Shown here: positions 13,905-26,982 of the stretch, piece by piece | Position numbering within the stretch: the first letter of the stretch is position 1 | How the letters are laid out: each line of letters begins with the position of its first letter | NCBI RefSeq assembly: GCF_030144855.1 | Contig: NC_082718.1 | Location: 32,302,001 to 32,366,000 of the forward strand | From: Hypanus sabinus | Lineage: Eukaryota | DNA length: 64,000 bases | Direction of reading: 5' to 3' | Translations under genes and position numbers: made by a program | Notes under the pieces: generated by a model | Told to the model about the DNA's origin: nothing | What the model saw: the letters and a program-made list of their open reading frames with translations, nothing else | Database searches by the model: none

Positions 13905-15016
13905 CAGGGCATCGGGGGGAAGACATTGACATGGATAGAAAACTGGTTGGCAGATAGAAAGCAAAGGGTAGCGGTGAATGGGTGTTTCTCGGAATGGCAG
14001 GTGGTGACTAATGGGGTGCCACAGGGCTCGGTATTGGGACCACAGTTGTTTACAATTTACGTCAATGATTTAGATGAAGGCATTGAGAATAACATCAGCA
14101 AATTTGCTGATGATACTAAGCTGGGTGGCAGTGTGACATGTGATGAGGATGTTAGGAGAATTCAAGGTGACTTGGATAGGCTGGGTGAGTGGGCAGATAC
14201 TTGGCAGATGACGTTTAATGTGAATAAGTGTGAGGTTATCCACCTTGGGAGTAAGAACAGGAAGGCAGATTATTATCTGAACGGTGTAGAGTTAGGTAAG
14301 GGAGAAATACAAAGAGATCTAGGAGTCCTTGTTCATCAGTCACTGAAGGTGAATGAGCAAGTGCAGCAGGCAGTGAAGAAGGCTAGTGGAATGTTGGCCT
14401 GTATTACAAAGGGAATTGAGTTCAAGAGCAAGGAAATCCTCTTGCATTTGTACAGAGCCCTGGTGAGACCACAGCTGCAGTATTGTGTACAGTTTTGGTC
14501 TCCAGGGTTAAGGAAGGACTTCCTGGCTGTAGAGGAAGTGCAGCGTAGATTCACAAGGTTAATTCCTGGGATGTCTGGACTGTCTTACGCAGAGAGGTTA
14601 GAGAGACTGGGCTTGTACACACTGGAATTAAGGAGATTGAGAGGGGATCTGATTGCAACATATAAGGGATTGGACAAGATAGAAGCAGGAAATATGTTCC
14701 AGATGCTGGGAGAGTCCAGTACCAGAGGGCATGGTTTGAGAAAAAGGGGTAGGTCACTTAGGACAGAGTTAAGGAAAAACTTCTTCTCCCAGAGAGTTGT
14801 GGGGGGTCTGGAATGCACTGCCTTGGTAGGTAGTGGAGGCCAATTCTCTGGATGTTTTCAAGAAGGAGCTAGATAGGTATGGATAGGGGAATCAAGGGAT
14901 ATGGGGACAAGGCAGGAACCGGGTATTGATAGTAGTTGATCAGCCGTGATCTCAAAATGGCGGTGCAGGCTGGAAGGGCCAAATGGTCTACCTCTGCACC
15001 TATTGTCTATTGTCTA
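13905..15016 (+). mobile_element. 5'-truncated CR1-type LINE: RT C-terminal part (ORF 13926-14876) plus 3' UTR
   Basis: GVPQGSVLGPQLF, FADD, and YCVQFWSP...EEVQRRFTRLIPG motifs; (ctattgt)n microsatellite tail at ~15000-15016. Confidence 0.92.
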
Positions 15017-15994
15017 ATTTGCAAGTATCAGCCAGTTGTTTGAGATGAATCCAATCTAATACATGGTTGGGAAGGGAAACATCTCCCAACCAAGCATGTA
15101 CAAAGTCCCCTCTCCTTGTGCAGCTTTAATCTTAAAGCTAAACCCAGAAAACATGGCAAAGGAAATCCTCTTTGAGTTAACGTCCATGAATTCTCCTTCC
15201 ATCCTTATGGAGCAGAAATGGGCCATTCTGCCCAACCTGTCTGTGCTGGTGTTAATGCTGCTCTGAAGTCTCCTGCATTGCCCAGTCTCTCAGTGTAGTC
15301 TTTTATTCTCTTAATAGCCTATGTACTTGTCCATCTTCCACTTGACCATACTACTCTGCTAAAGTCTGAGGCACATATTTGTAGCTAGGGGCAGAGAGCG
15401 AGTTTGTAAATCTGCTGGGAGAAAAGGATCTTGGGAATTGTGAGGGTGGAGCACCACAGCAGGGGTGTTGGACAGGTGGCAGAGAAGGAGTGCCGGGGAA
15501 AGGTGGCACAAGTGCAAACACACCGAGCCCTGAGACATCAAGAAAGGTCATTTGATTCCAAACAATTGGTTTATCGATCATTACAGAATGTCTCCCTGGC
15601 ACTTCCCCTATCCCTTCCCCTTTCCCCAACCATGATTCCCCTCTCCTTGCCCCCTTCCCACTCTTCATCCACAATAGAAACCCATATCAGAATCAAGTTT
15701 ATCATCACTCACCTTTGTCATGAAATTTGTTTTTTTTTTGGACAGCAGTACAGTGCAAAACATAAAATTACTACAGTACTGTGCAAACATCCTTGGCACC
15801 CTAGCTATATCTATGTAATGAAGACTTGCACAGTACTATATTTAACAATTATCCCCGTGTAAATGGCGAAATAGATAACAGTTTACTGTAGCAAACTGTG
15901 TAGTGTAATATTCATCCACATTCACTTTGCTATCAAATTTAGGCTGCTGTGCTAGACTTATCAGTAGGAAGTTTCTCGTTCCTATAACACACAG

Positions 15995-16074
15995 ATATTG
16001 ATCAACTGAAGCGAATAATGGAAGTCGTTGGAACACCAAGTTCAGAGTTGCTGAAGAAAATATCTTCTGAACAT
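15995..16074 (+). CDS. mapk11: p38-beta exon 9 (YIDQLKRIMEVVGTPSSELLKKISSEH)
   Basis: acag| 80 nt |gtatgt; YIDQLKRIMEVVGTP matches p38-beta. Confidence 0.97.
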
Positions 16075-16707
16075 GTATGTTAGTGTTTAAATCTCACACA
16101 GAATTCTGTTTGACAACTAGACATGGTCACTTCTGTTTGCAGTTGACCGGTGCTGAAATGTTGAAGAGTGGATAGAATTGTTGTGAGTCTATTCATAGTT
16201 GTAGAGTTCCAGTGTGGTGATAGAGCAAATACATTAGAGGCCTTTAGGGACTTTTGTATAGGCACATGGATGTAAGGAGGCTGGAGGGATATGGATGTTG
16301 TGAAGGTCGGAGAGATTAGTGTTTGGATGTTTTTGATTTGCTTTTCAGCTGGTTCAGCACAATGCTGTGGGCCAAAGGGCCTCTTTCTGTGCTGTACTCT
16401 TCTATGTCCTACAGCATATAAACGGGCCCTTCGGCCCATCCAGTCCATGCTGAACCATTTAAATTGCCTAGTCCCATTGACCTGCGCTAGGGCCATAGCC
16501 CTCCTTACCCCTACCTATACATGTACCTATCCGAACTTCTGTTAAAGAGCTTGCACTGGCAGCTCATTCCACACTCTCAACAGGCATATCCTTGATTCAT
16601 GTTAATGTAATGATCTTGGTAATTGGTCATTACTGACGTGTAATCATTAACGAAAGACTGGTAAAAGACAAGAGTTACTCTAACCAAACCCAGTTCAGTC
16701 AGTGCAA

Positions 16708-18089
16708 ACACAAACAAGACAAAATCTGCAGATGCTGGAAATCCAAAGCAACACCCACAAAATGCTGGAGGAACTCAGCAGGCCAGGCAGCATCTCTGGA
16801 AAAGAGTACAGTTGATGTTTCGGGCTGAGACCCTTCAGCAGGACTGGAGAAAAAAGGATGAGGAATAGAGTTAAAAGGTGGGGTGAGAGGAGAGAGAAAC
16901 ACCAGGTGAGAGGTGGAACCGGGAGGGGGAGGGGTGAAGTTGATTGGTGAAAGAGATACAGGGCTTGCGGAAAGGGAGTCTGATGGGAGAGAACAGAGGC
17001 CATGGAAGAAAGAAAAGGGGAGAGGAGCACCAGAGGGCGGTGCTGGGTGGGCAAGGAGATAAGGTGAGAGAGGGAAAGGGTGCTGGGAATGGTGAATTGG
17101 GGGGGAGGGGCATTACCAGAAGTTCAAGAAATTGATGTTTATGCCATCAGGTTGGAGGCTGGCCAGATGGAATATAAGGTGTTGCTCCTCCAACCTCAGT
17201 GTGGCCTCATTGCAATAGTGGAATATTGAAATGGAAATGGGAAGTGGAATTAAACTGGGTGGCCATTGGGAGATCCTGCTTTTTCTGCTGGACAGAGCAG
17301 ATGTGCTCAACGAAGCGGTCTCCCAATCTACTTTGGATCTCACTGATACACAGGAGGCCACACCCGGAACACTACACAGTACATGACCCCAACATATTCA
17401 CAGGTGAAGTGCCACATCACCTGGAAGGACTGAGGCCCTGAATGTTGGTGAGGGAGGAGGTGTAGGGCACTTGATCCATTTGCAAGGATAAGTGCTAGGA
17501 GGAAGATCAGTGGTGACGGACAAATGGACAAGGGAGTCGCATAGGGAGCAATCTCTGCGGAAAACAGAAAGTGGTGGGGTGGGGAGAGAAAGATGCACTT
17601 GGTGGTGGAATCCCGTTGGAGATGGCGGAAATTATGGAGAATTATGTGCTGGATGCAGAGGCTGGGGGGTTGGTAGGTGAGGACATGAGGAACCCTATCC
17701 CTGGTAGGGTGGCAGGAGGATGGGGTGAGAGCAGACGTACGTGAAATGGAAGAGCTGTGGTGGGGAAGAGTCCATGGGTTTATAATAGACATCAGTAGAT
17801 AAACTGTCTCCAGAGAGATCGAAAAAAGGAAGGGAGGTGTTGGAAATGGACCAGGTAAATTTGAGGGCCGGGTGGAAGTTGGAAGCAAAGTGGATGAAGT
17901 TCTGCAGGGGTGCAGGAAGCAGCACCAATGCAGTCATCAATGTAGCTTCAAAGTAACTCCCTGCACCTTTTAACTCTACTCATCTTTTTTTCTCCAGTCC
18001 TACTGAAGGGTTTGGGCCCGAAGTGCCGACTGTTCTCTTTTCCGTAGATGCTGCCTGGCCTGCTGAGTTCCTCCAGCATTTTGTGTGTG
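16708..18089 (-). mobile_element. Penelope-like retroelement remnant (RT C-terminus / GIY-YIG endonuclease) with inverted termini
   Basis: Minus-strand peptides HFASNFHPALKFTWSISNTSLPFFDLS...TDVYYKP and HFTCEYVGVMYC (GIY-YIG region); inverted terminal repeats; perfect 13-bp TSD tcagtcagtgcaa (16695-16707 / 18090-18102). Confidence 0.88.
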
Positions 18090-18841
18090 TCAGTCAGTGC
18101 AATGAAACTTTCAGCTTGAGCAGTGACAGAACAGTCACCGTTCACAGTATCCCAGATACCTCAAGAAACTCCATGGCACTGAACGAACAGATTTTATTTA
18201 TATATATAAAGGGGGAATTAGATTTTGAAAGTGATGTAAATTGTAATATTGGCCATCCAGTCAGAAGAGTTAAATTTATAACTCCTCCAAAGGATTGATT
18301 TTAAAATTATTTCTGAAGTTCCAAATGATCATATTGTCAGGTTTTGATCTAACTACAGTTTCAGAAAAAATACCAATGTAGTTTACAACTTCAGCTCTTT
18401 GCACAAATGGCATTGATTCATTGAATGATCACTGGAGTATCTGTGTTCATACCAAGTTTGAGCATTTTATAGAGGAAATATTTCTGCAGGTTGGGACATT
18501 TCTCACAGCAGTGGATCCCTCTCCCACCAGTAATCAGAATCAGGTTTAATATCACAGGCATTTGTCATGAAATTTGTTATTTTGCAGCAGCAGTACAATG
18601 CAGTAGAGAATAATAAAAACTACTAATTACAGTAGATATATAAAAAATAAATTAATTAAGTAGTACAAGAGAGGGAAAAACAGTGAGTTAGTGTTCTAGG
18701 GCCCACTGTCCATTCAAAAATCTGATGACGGAGGGGAAGAAACATCCTGAAACATTGCGTGTCTTCAGGCTCCAGTATGTTAGTTATTTTGTACAGTAAA
18801 TTCAGTAAGTAAATTCTAATCTGTCATTGTCAACTCCACAG

Positions 18842-18920
18842 GCTAGAAAATACATTGAATCTTTACCATACATGCCTCAACGAGATTTGAAAGAGCTATT
18901 CAATGGTGATAATCCTTTAG
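18842..18920 (+). CDS. mapk11: p38-beta exon 10 (ARKYIESLPYMPQRDLKELFNGDNPL)
   Basis: acag| 79 nt |gtaaga; size and peptide match p38 exon 10. Confidence 0.96.
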
Positions 18921-19344
18921 GTAAGACTTTTACATTTAAATCGAACAAAGTACTTTGCAGTAGGTTAACTGTTGTGGTTTAAAGTTGTAATGTCCCTTTC
19001 CTGTCATGTTAACAAAGTTACTGCACTTGGCCCTTCTAAAAATTCTCAGTTGAAAAGCCATATCAGCAATTCTTCCCAAGTTGTAACAACCCAGAGGGTA
19101 ACTGTCGCCATTTTCAGAATGGCATGTGCTTCATGCATAATTGCAGAAATATATAATGGAATGTAGATGTAACTGAAGTCTGCAGGAAATCATGTCATAA
19201 TTCAGAAAAGATACATTCAAGATCTAGTATAACATTTTTATATCAAGTTTAGTACTCTGTCAAATGTGTATTTTTTAGATGCTCGCTCCTGTAAAACCAT
19301 TATCTATGGTAGATTAAAGCATTTAGGCTTCACTAAAGTACTAG

Positions 19345-19985
19345 GAGATCCCTTAAGATTGTTATAGCCAGGGTTGGTAGTGTGAATAAGGTTCGACTGC
19401 CTATTAAATGCTCCCAATGGTGTGCACCTCAAATAGCTTTTGACCAATGAAGTCCAGCTTCTGGCCTTCACGAGTGGCTTAACTACTAACCCAGCGGAAG
19501 CTATTTCTACTGGCAGGAGAAGGGGCAAAAGACAGATCACCGGTGCCTTAAAACCAGTTGCTCCAGGCATATGGGGCTTGTCAGCCATGGTGGGCAGCTT
19601 GTCTCGGAGAAGAGAAGCTCTGGTCTCAAACCTCCACTGTCTTACGGCTATACCCACTCATGGAGAAGGCTTTGGGAGTAAATTCTGAGGAAAAGTCTGG
19701 AGCTGGAGTCCCTAGGACAGTCCTCCGTCGAGTTCAGCGCTGTCTGGCAACTCCCGTGATGCCGCTGGAGGCAAACTGTATCGGTCTTTGCTGTTCCTTT
19801 GGATTTATCAGATGTGTGGAGAGGAGGAGGCTTCTGCATGGGCAACAGCTTGCTCTCCATATCGTGCTGGCCTGGCTTGTGTACTGATCTGCGCACCCCA
19901 TAAACAGCTAGGACGCAATATCCTTGGTCGACCACAAACGACGGAGGGCCTCGGTGTCCTCGAGAGAACTCTTCCGGATTAGAAA
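19345..19985 (+). mobile_element. RTE-like LINE 5' UTR repeat; related fragments ~41245-41485(-) and ~55790-55980(-)
   Basis: Clear similarity between copies (ccttaagattgttatagc, ctggccttcac, caggagaaggggcaa, ttaaaaccagttgctcc). RTE assignment is inference. Confidence 0.55.
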
Positions 19986-19995
19986 AGTTTCCTTT

Positions 19996-20625
19996 AGCAA
20001 CACACACAAAATGCTGGAGGAACTCAGCAGGTCAGGCAGCATCTATGGAGATGAATAAACAATCAACGTTTCGGGCCAAGCCCCTTCTTCAGGCCTAGAA
20101 GGGAAAGGAGAAGATGCCAGAATAAACGAGGTGGGGAGAGAGGAAGAAGTTGTTTGGTGAAGCCAGGTGGGTAGGAAGGGTAACGGGCTGGAGAGGAAGG
20201 AATATGATAAGAGAAGAAAGTGGACTAGAGGAGAGAGGGAAGGAGGAGGTGACTTGGGGGGGAGGTGATGGGCAAGTCTGAAGAGGTAAGAGGCTAGAGT
20301 GGAATATAATGGAAGAGAAGTGGGGGAGGGAAAATACTTTTTTTTACCAGAAGGAGAAATCGATATTCACTTAATCAGGTTGGAGGCTACCCAGATGGAA
20401 TATAAGGTGTTGCTCCTCCACCCTGAGGGTGGCCTCATCTCGGCACGAGGAAGCCGTGGACCGGCATGTCGGAACGGGAATGGGAATTAAAATGCTTGGC
20501 CACTGGGAAGTACAGCTTTTGCTGTATGGAGCTGAACGAAGTGTTCCCCCGATTTACAATAGGTCTTACCAATGTAGAGGAGGCTGCTTCAGGAGCACCA
20601 GACACAATAGATGATCCCAGCAGGT
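19996..20625 (-). mobile_element. Penelope-like element 3' fragment with the best-preserved hammerhead core in the window
   Basis: Terminal repeat plus GIY-YIG-region homology to 16708-18089; 10-bp TSD agtttccttt (19986-19995 / 20626-20635). Confidence 0.8.
20061..20096 (-). ncRNA. Minimal type-I hammerhead ribozyme motif (Penelope-associated)
   Basis: Minus strand reads AGGC-CUGAAGA-A-GGG(GCUUGG)CCC-GAAA-CG-UU-GAUU: intact CUGANGA and GAAA core and a GUH triplet; stem I is weakened by a mismatch. Confidence 0.65.
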
Positions 20626-20798
20626 AGTTTCCTTTGTTATTTTACATTGCAGGATGCAATGGCAGGACAGACACCATCAGCTTGACTGACCTGACCTCCA
20701 GATGGTACTGGTCTTACACCCTCTAATGGTATAGGGAACCTCAGCTCACACCCTGCAAAAGCAGGAACACTTTGAAAAGTTAGAGTGCTGGTAGAAAT

Positions 20799-20866
20799 AC
20801 AGGACTGTGCAAAAGTCTTAGGCACATGTCTATAGCTGGAGGCCCTAAGGCCTTTGCACAGTACTG
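20799..20866. mobile_element. Tiny Tc1-like palindromic MITE; similar copies ~9329-9406, ~15772-15838, ~21236-21340
   Basis: TIR cag(t/g)actgtgcaaaagtcttaggc...cctaag(a/g)c(t/c)tttgcacagtactg flanked by TA; same TIR as the 57864-58127 element. Confidence 0.7.
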
Positions 20867-22823
20867 TATGTTACGCAGCAAATGGGAAGTACTACTTGGA
20901 GAGATTCAATCATAGCATTCAATAGGAAAACACTCTAGTGTAGCGGTTAACACAATTCTTTACGGTACCAGCAACCTGGGTTCGATTCCCACCACTGCCT
21001 ATATGTTCTCCCCATGACTGCATGGGTTTCCTCCGGGTGCTCTGGTTTCCTCCCACAGTCCAACGATGTATCAGTTTGTAGGCTAATTGGACATTGTAAA
21101 TTGTCCTGTGATTAGGGGATTACTGGGCAGCACAGCTCGAAGGGCCAGAAGGGCCTGTTTTGCGCTATATCTCAATTAAAAATTAACTGAATAAATGATT
21201 GGAAGAAAAAAATATTTGCAGGTTGTTGAGTTGAACAGTATTGTGCAAAAGTCTAAGGCACATGTGTATATAGTATACGTCTATGTACTGTGTGCGCGTG
21301 TGCGCGTGTCCCCCCGTCCAAGATGCCTAAGACTGAACAGTGAGATAAATGGTATTTCAAGTGGATACCGAAGGTACATTTATACAAGTGGGACCACAGG
21401 TGCTGGAGAAGTGCATTTAACAGCAGGGTTAACTGCCAGTGGTTCTGCAGCGACAAGATAAACATCAGACGCCTGTATGGAACAACATCCCCTCGTTTTT
21501 TTAACAGTGATGCAGACCGACCATTACCCTGAACAGGAAGTTGCTAGGCAACCTCAGAACTGTGCCCCACTAATAAACTTTATGTGAAAGAAAATTCCAC
21601 CTGCACAGCAACAAAGGCTGCATGCTCGGGAGCCTTTCAGTTGCAGTGTGGCCACACACCCGGGCTGGTTAGAGGGAACATTTGATGTTTCACAAGAGTC
21701 ATTGAGACTGAAGACGTAGTGTGAACAGTTGGTCCGTTTACTGTTCTTTTACATCCCTTAAGTGAAACTGCCATCTTTCTGGAGCATGAGTCGACACTTA
21801 GAGACTGAATCTGAATCAGAATCAGGTTTAATATCACCGGCATATGCCGTGAAATTTGTTGTTAATGGGGCAGCAGTCCTTTGCAATACATAATAATAGA
21901 AACTGTAAATCACAGTGAGAAGTATTTAAAATGAGCAGTGCAAAAAGAGAATTAAAACGTAGTGAAGTAGTGTTCGTGGGTTCAATGTCCATTCAGAAAT
22001 CTGATGACAGAAGGGTAAAAGGTATTCTTCCCGTCTGGTGGACGTCTGGTAAGAGCTGGGGATGGTTATTACACACTGTGGAAATAAGCTGCGAAGAGTT
22101 GCAAACTTAGTCAGCTCCATCATGGGCATTAGCCTCTGTAGTATCCAGGACATCTTCAAGGAGCAATGCCTCAGAAAGGCGGCATCCATCATTAAGGACC
22201 CCCATCGCCCAGGACATGCCTTCTTTTCATTGCTACCATCAGGGAGGAGGTACAGGAGCCTGAAGGCACACACTCAACGATTCAGGAACAGCTTCTTCCC
22301 CTCTAAAATCCAATTTCTGAGTGGACGTTGAACACAAGAACAGTACCTCAATACCTCTTTAATTTTTTAAATTTCATACTACTTATTTAACTATTTAATA
22401 TATATACCGTAAATCATATTTTTTCTATTATGTATTGCATTGTACTGCTGCCGCAAAGATAACAAATTTCACGACAAGTGCCAGTGATATGAAACCTAAT
22501 TCTGATTCTGATTCCTGAATCGTTGAATGTACAATGTGCTTGTAAATGTACTGGGTGCCAGCTATCCAAACCAGTGATGTCTGAAACGTCTATAGTACAC
22601 AGGATCATGTACTGAACCGTTCTGGTAGTCAAACTGCACAAAGAGGTTTGGGTGGATTTTCCTGGTGCTTGTGTTGGATTTGCTGTTGGTTTACACTGAG
22701 GGAAAAGAGTAAATTAAAATGTTTTTCTGATCCTTTGCCCTGATGGTTAAATGACAGTGACTGAATTCTAATCAGTTTGTTCTTCTCCAGACAATTGTAT
22801 CTCCAAGAGGGTGGAATCTGGAG

Positions 22824-22903
22824 CAGGGGTTCCCAAGCTGACTTCCATTGACCCCTTGCTCAATAGTATTGGTCCATGGCATAACAAAGGTTGGGAACCC
22901 CTG
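22824..22903. mobile_element. 80-bp hAT MITE; second copy ~31258-31337
   Basis: TIRs caggggttcccaa / ttgggaacccctg; degenerate 8-bp TSD atctggag / ttctagag. Confidence 0.7.
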
Positions 22904-22991
22904 TTCTAGAGGGATTTGTTTGAAATGGAAAATGTGACTATTGTGCGGGGGTAACTAGAATCTAGACAATGTATGGATATCTTTTATATAG

Positions 22992-23276
<285 letters not shown>

Positions 23277-26200
23277 TGAGCCAGCTGGGTACTCAGCCGC
23301 ACAGACTAAAATGTTCCATGTTGAATGATGTGGTCACTCGGTTATGGTGCTCCCTGTGGTAAAATTACTTTGATATTTGTTGCCTAAGCTTAAAGGTGAA
23401 GAATGACTGCTTGAGCTGGAAGCTTCATATCTGATGATTTAATTGCATTGATAGGAAAAAATCGCAAAGTTCTTAACCCAGGTTAGAACTGGACAGGATG
23501 ATAGATAGATAAATACTTAATTGATCCCAAAGGAAATTAGTGTCACAGTAGCATTACAGGTGCACAGTTATACAACTATAAATATTAGAAGAGAATTTGG
23601 AAAGAATAAAAAGATGACTTACCTCATACAGTCTAACAGGAGGGGATCATCACTTCCCTGGCTATCGGTTGACTCATTATAGAGCCTAATGGTTGAGGGT
23701 AAGAATGACCTCACACAGCGCTCGTTGGAGCAGCACAGTTGTCTTAGTTTGTTACTGAAAGTGCTCTGTTCAGGCAAGGTGGCATGCAGAGGGTGAGAAT
23801 ATTGTTCTGAATTGCCAAGATTTTCCGTCGGGTCCTTTGTTCCGCTACAGCCTTCAGTTTGTCCATTTTGACCCCTATAACAGAGCCAGCCTTTCTAATC
23901 AGTCTGTGGGTGGGTGGGTTTCCAGTGCTTGTCATTCTTCAAAAGACCATAAGACATGGGAGCAGAATTAGGCTATTTGGCCCATTGAGTTTGCTCTGCC
24001 ATTCTATCATGGCTGATTTATTATCCCTCTCAAAGTCATCCACTGCTTCCTCCCTATAACATTTGACTGAGTTTAGCCAGTTTACACATTCCAGTCTTAT
24101 ATTTCACACAAATAAGATTTATTTCCTCTCCTCTTCTGTTATTTCAAAATTTATTTATCTCAATCACCAGTATCATTCAATGCCAAGCATCTCATGAAAG
24201 GTGAGAATGGAGACACTTGAAAACAATGTTGACAGTTTTAAAGCTGAATCATTGCTACCTGAAGATTATATATTATCCTGACCTAGTATGCAATATCCTA
24301 GCACATCAGTTGTTTAAATTAAAGGCTAAGGGTGAAAGATGAAATATTTAATGGGAACTTAGAGGGTGGTGCAAGTGTGGATCGAGCTGGCAGCAGAAGT
24401 GGTGGATGCAGGTTGATTTCAACACAAGAGAAATTTGGGTAGGTACATGGGTGGGAGGGGAATGGACCACTCTGGTCCAGGTGTGGGTTGATGGGAGCCG
24501 GCAGAGTAATAGTTTGACATGGACTAGATGGACTGAAAGGCCTGTTTCTGTGCTACAGTGCTGTATAACTATATTCCAGACATACTCTGAAGAAATTTGA
24601 AGCCTTAACTTTGGGAAGATTTCATTTGAGTAGCTGAGATTAAATATAACCACTCGTACAACAAAGTGAAGCCTTTCCAGGTACCTTTGGTGATAATGTA
24701 AATGCTGCATTTCACCCTCAGGGTTGGCTGCTGAATAAATAATCCCAAAGGGTTTGCACACCATAGGTCCAATGTGCTTCAGACCTGCATCTAGTATTAG
24801 CTTGTAGAGATTGCTAGCATTTATTACACAACACTTGACTGTTGGGTGCTATGGCAGCATAGTGGTTAGTGCAATGCTATTACAAGCTCAGGATGTTCCT
24901 AAGTTCAGAGTTCAATTCCAGGGCTGTCTGTAAGGAGTCTCTGTACGTTCTCCCAGCGGAATGCGTGGGTTTTCCCCAGATGCTCTGGTTTCCTCCCACA
25001 GTCTGAAGACCTACTAGGTAGGTTAATTGATCATCGTAAATTATTTTTTGATTAGGTTTGGGTTAATCGGGTTTGTCAGGGTTGCTGGGGTGGTGTGGTT
25101 CGAAGGGCCGGAAGGGCCTATTCTGTGCTGTATGACTAAAATAAAATATACTTAAAAGTTTTATAGTAGAAAGTGCTGTTGATTTTAAAGTATTCTGAAA
25201 ATGTCTTGCTTTCCATTTCTTCAACTGCTCGGTTGCCTCATTATTGGGAGATGGACAATAAATACTGACCAGTAGTTGATGCCCACTGACCAGTAGTTGA
25301 TGCCCATTGACCAGTAGACTTTGAGGGAATAAAAAGCTGATTAAATAAACCTCAACCCCAGCTTAAATCAGCTCTCAATGTTTGTAAAGCTAGTCATAGA
25401 GTCATAGAACACTACAGCACAGAAAAGGACTGACAGCCCATCTAGACTGTGCCGAAATATTAATCTGCTTACTCCCATCAACCTGCATGAGGACCATAGC
25501 CCTCACATCCATGTACCTATCCAGACTTCTCTTCAATGTTGAAATCTAATCAGCATCCACCGCTTGCTCATTCTACGCTCTCACAGTCCTCTGAGTGAAG
25601 AAGTTTCCCCGCATGTTCCCCATAAACATTGTATGTTTCACCTTTAACCTATGACCTCCACTTGTAGTCTCACTCAACGTCACTTGCATTTACCCTATCT
25701 ATACCCCCCCATAATTTTGTATGCCTCAATCAAATCTCCTCTTGATCTTCTACGTTTCAGGGAATAAAGTCCTAATATGTAATTGAAAGTTAAATTTTAA
25801 TATAAAAATAGAAAACACTTGAAACACAATCACAATTAAACATGTTTAAATTGGTTCTGTTAAGTCAAAATTCCAACGCAGTCATTCCTCTCCATTGAAG
25901 TGAATGGGATCACTGGTCCCACCTGGTGCAAGTTGAGTGGGAGGAATTTATTATTCCACCACGGAAACACATTGGGGTTCCAGCCATAGAGTACTCAGCT
26001 CTTGTCAGCAGTGTTTAACTTGTGTGAAATTCTGGAGCTTTGCCCAGAAGTTCTGAACTGCTCCGTTTACAAAGGTAAGTCCATAAGGTATAGGAGCAGA
26101 ATTAGGCCATTTGGCCCATTGAATCTGCTCTGCCATTTCATCATGGCTGATCCATTTTCCCTCTCAGCTCCAATCTCCTGCCTTCTCCCTTTATTTCTTC

Positions 26201-26487
26201 ACACCCTGACTAACCAACAATCTGTCAACCTCTGTCTTAAATATACCCAGTGACTTGGCCTCCACAGCCATAAGTGACAGCAATCCTGTGCAAGGCCACC
26301 GGCTTTCATTTTTGGGAGAGAGAGTTCAATATCCAGCACATCAGAAAGGGCAGAATATTGCAGAAATTCTTTGTATTACAAGCAGGCTTCACAGCTCATT
26401 GTCAAGGTGCATACTACAGTGATAGACTGATGATCTGCCATTCTTTTAACAACACTTCACCTGGCCAAGTTCAGTTCTGTGTGTCTG

Positions 26488-26982
26488 CACTCAGTGGCCA
26501 CTTTATTAGGTACACCTGCTTGGTAATGCAAATATCTAGTCATCCAATCATGTGACAGCAACTCAATGCATAGGAGCATGCAGATGTGGCCAGTTGTTTT
26601 CAAACCAAACATCAGAATGGGGAAGAAATGTGACCGAAGTGACTTTGACCATGTTGGTGACAGGGTTTGAGTATCTCAGAAACTGCTGATTTTCACACAC
26701 GATAGTCTCTAGGGTTTACAGAGAAAGGTGTGAAAGCAGAAAACATCCAGCAAGCGGCAATTCTGTGGGCGAAAGTACCTCAGAGAGTTCAAAGGAGAAT
26801 GGCTAGACTGGTTTGAGCTGACAGGAAGGCAACAGTAACTTAAGTAACCATGCATTACAACAGAGGTGTGCAAAAGAGCACCTCTGAATGCACAACACAC
26901 CAGACCTTGAAGTGGATGAGCTACAGCAGCAGAAGACCACATCGGGTTCCACTTTTGTACCTAATAAATTGGCCACTGAGTG
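26488..26982. mobile_element. Non-autonomous Tc1/mariner element
   Basis: TIRs cactcagtggccactttattaggtac / gtacctaataaattggccactgagtg; TA on the right flank (TG on the left). Confidence 0.8.

Noticed and set aside
19458-19519. HDV/CPEB3-like ribozyme in the RTE-like 5' UTR (CUYCUG/CAGGAG pairing, GCC-UUCAC...-GGC; also in the ~41310-41375 copy)
   Set aside because: No P1 helix could be placed in the required nested double-pseudoknot order. It needs an RNArobo or Infernal search on the family consensus.
20930-21000. tRNA genes at SINE heads
   Set aside because: A/B-box-like heads continue into SINE body sequence and do not form a complete cloverleaf.
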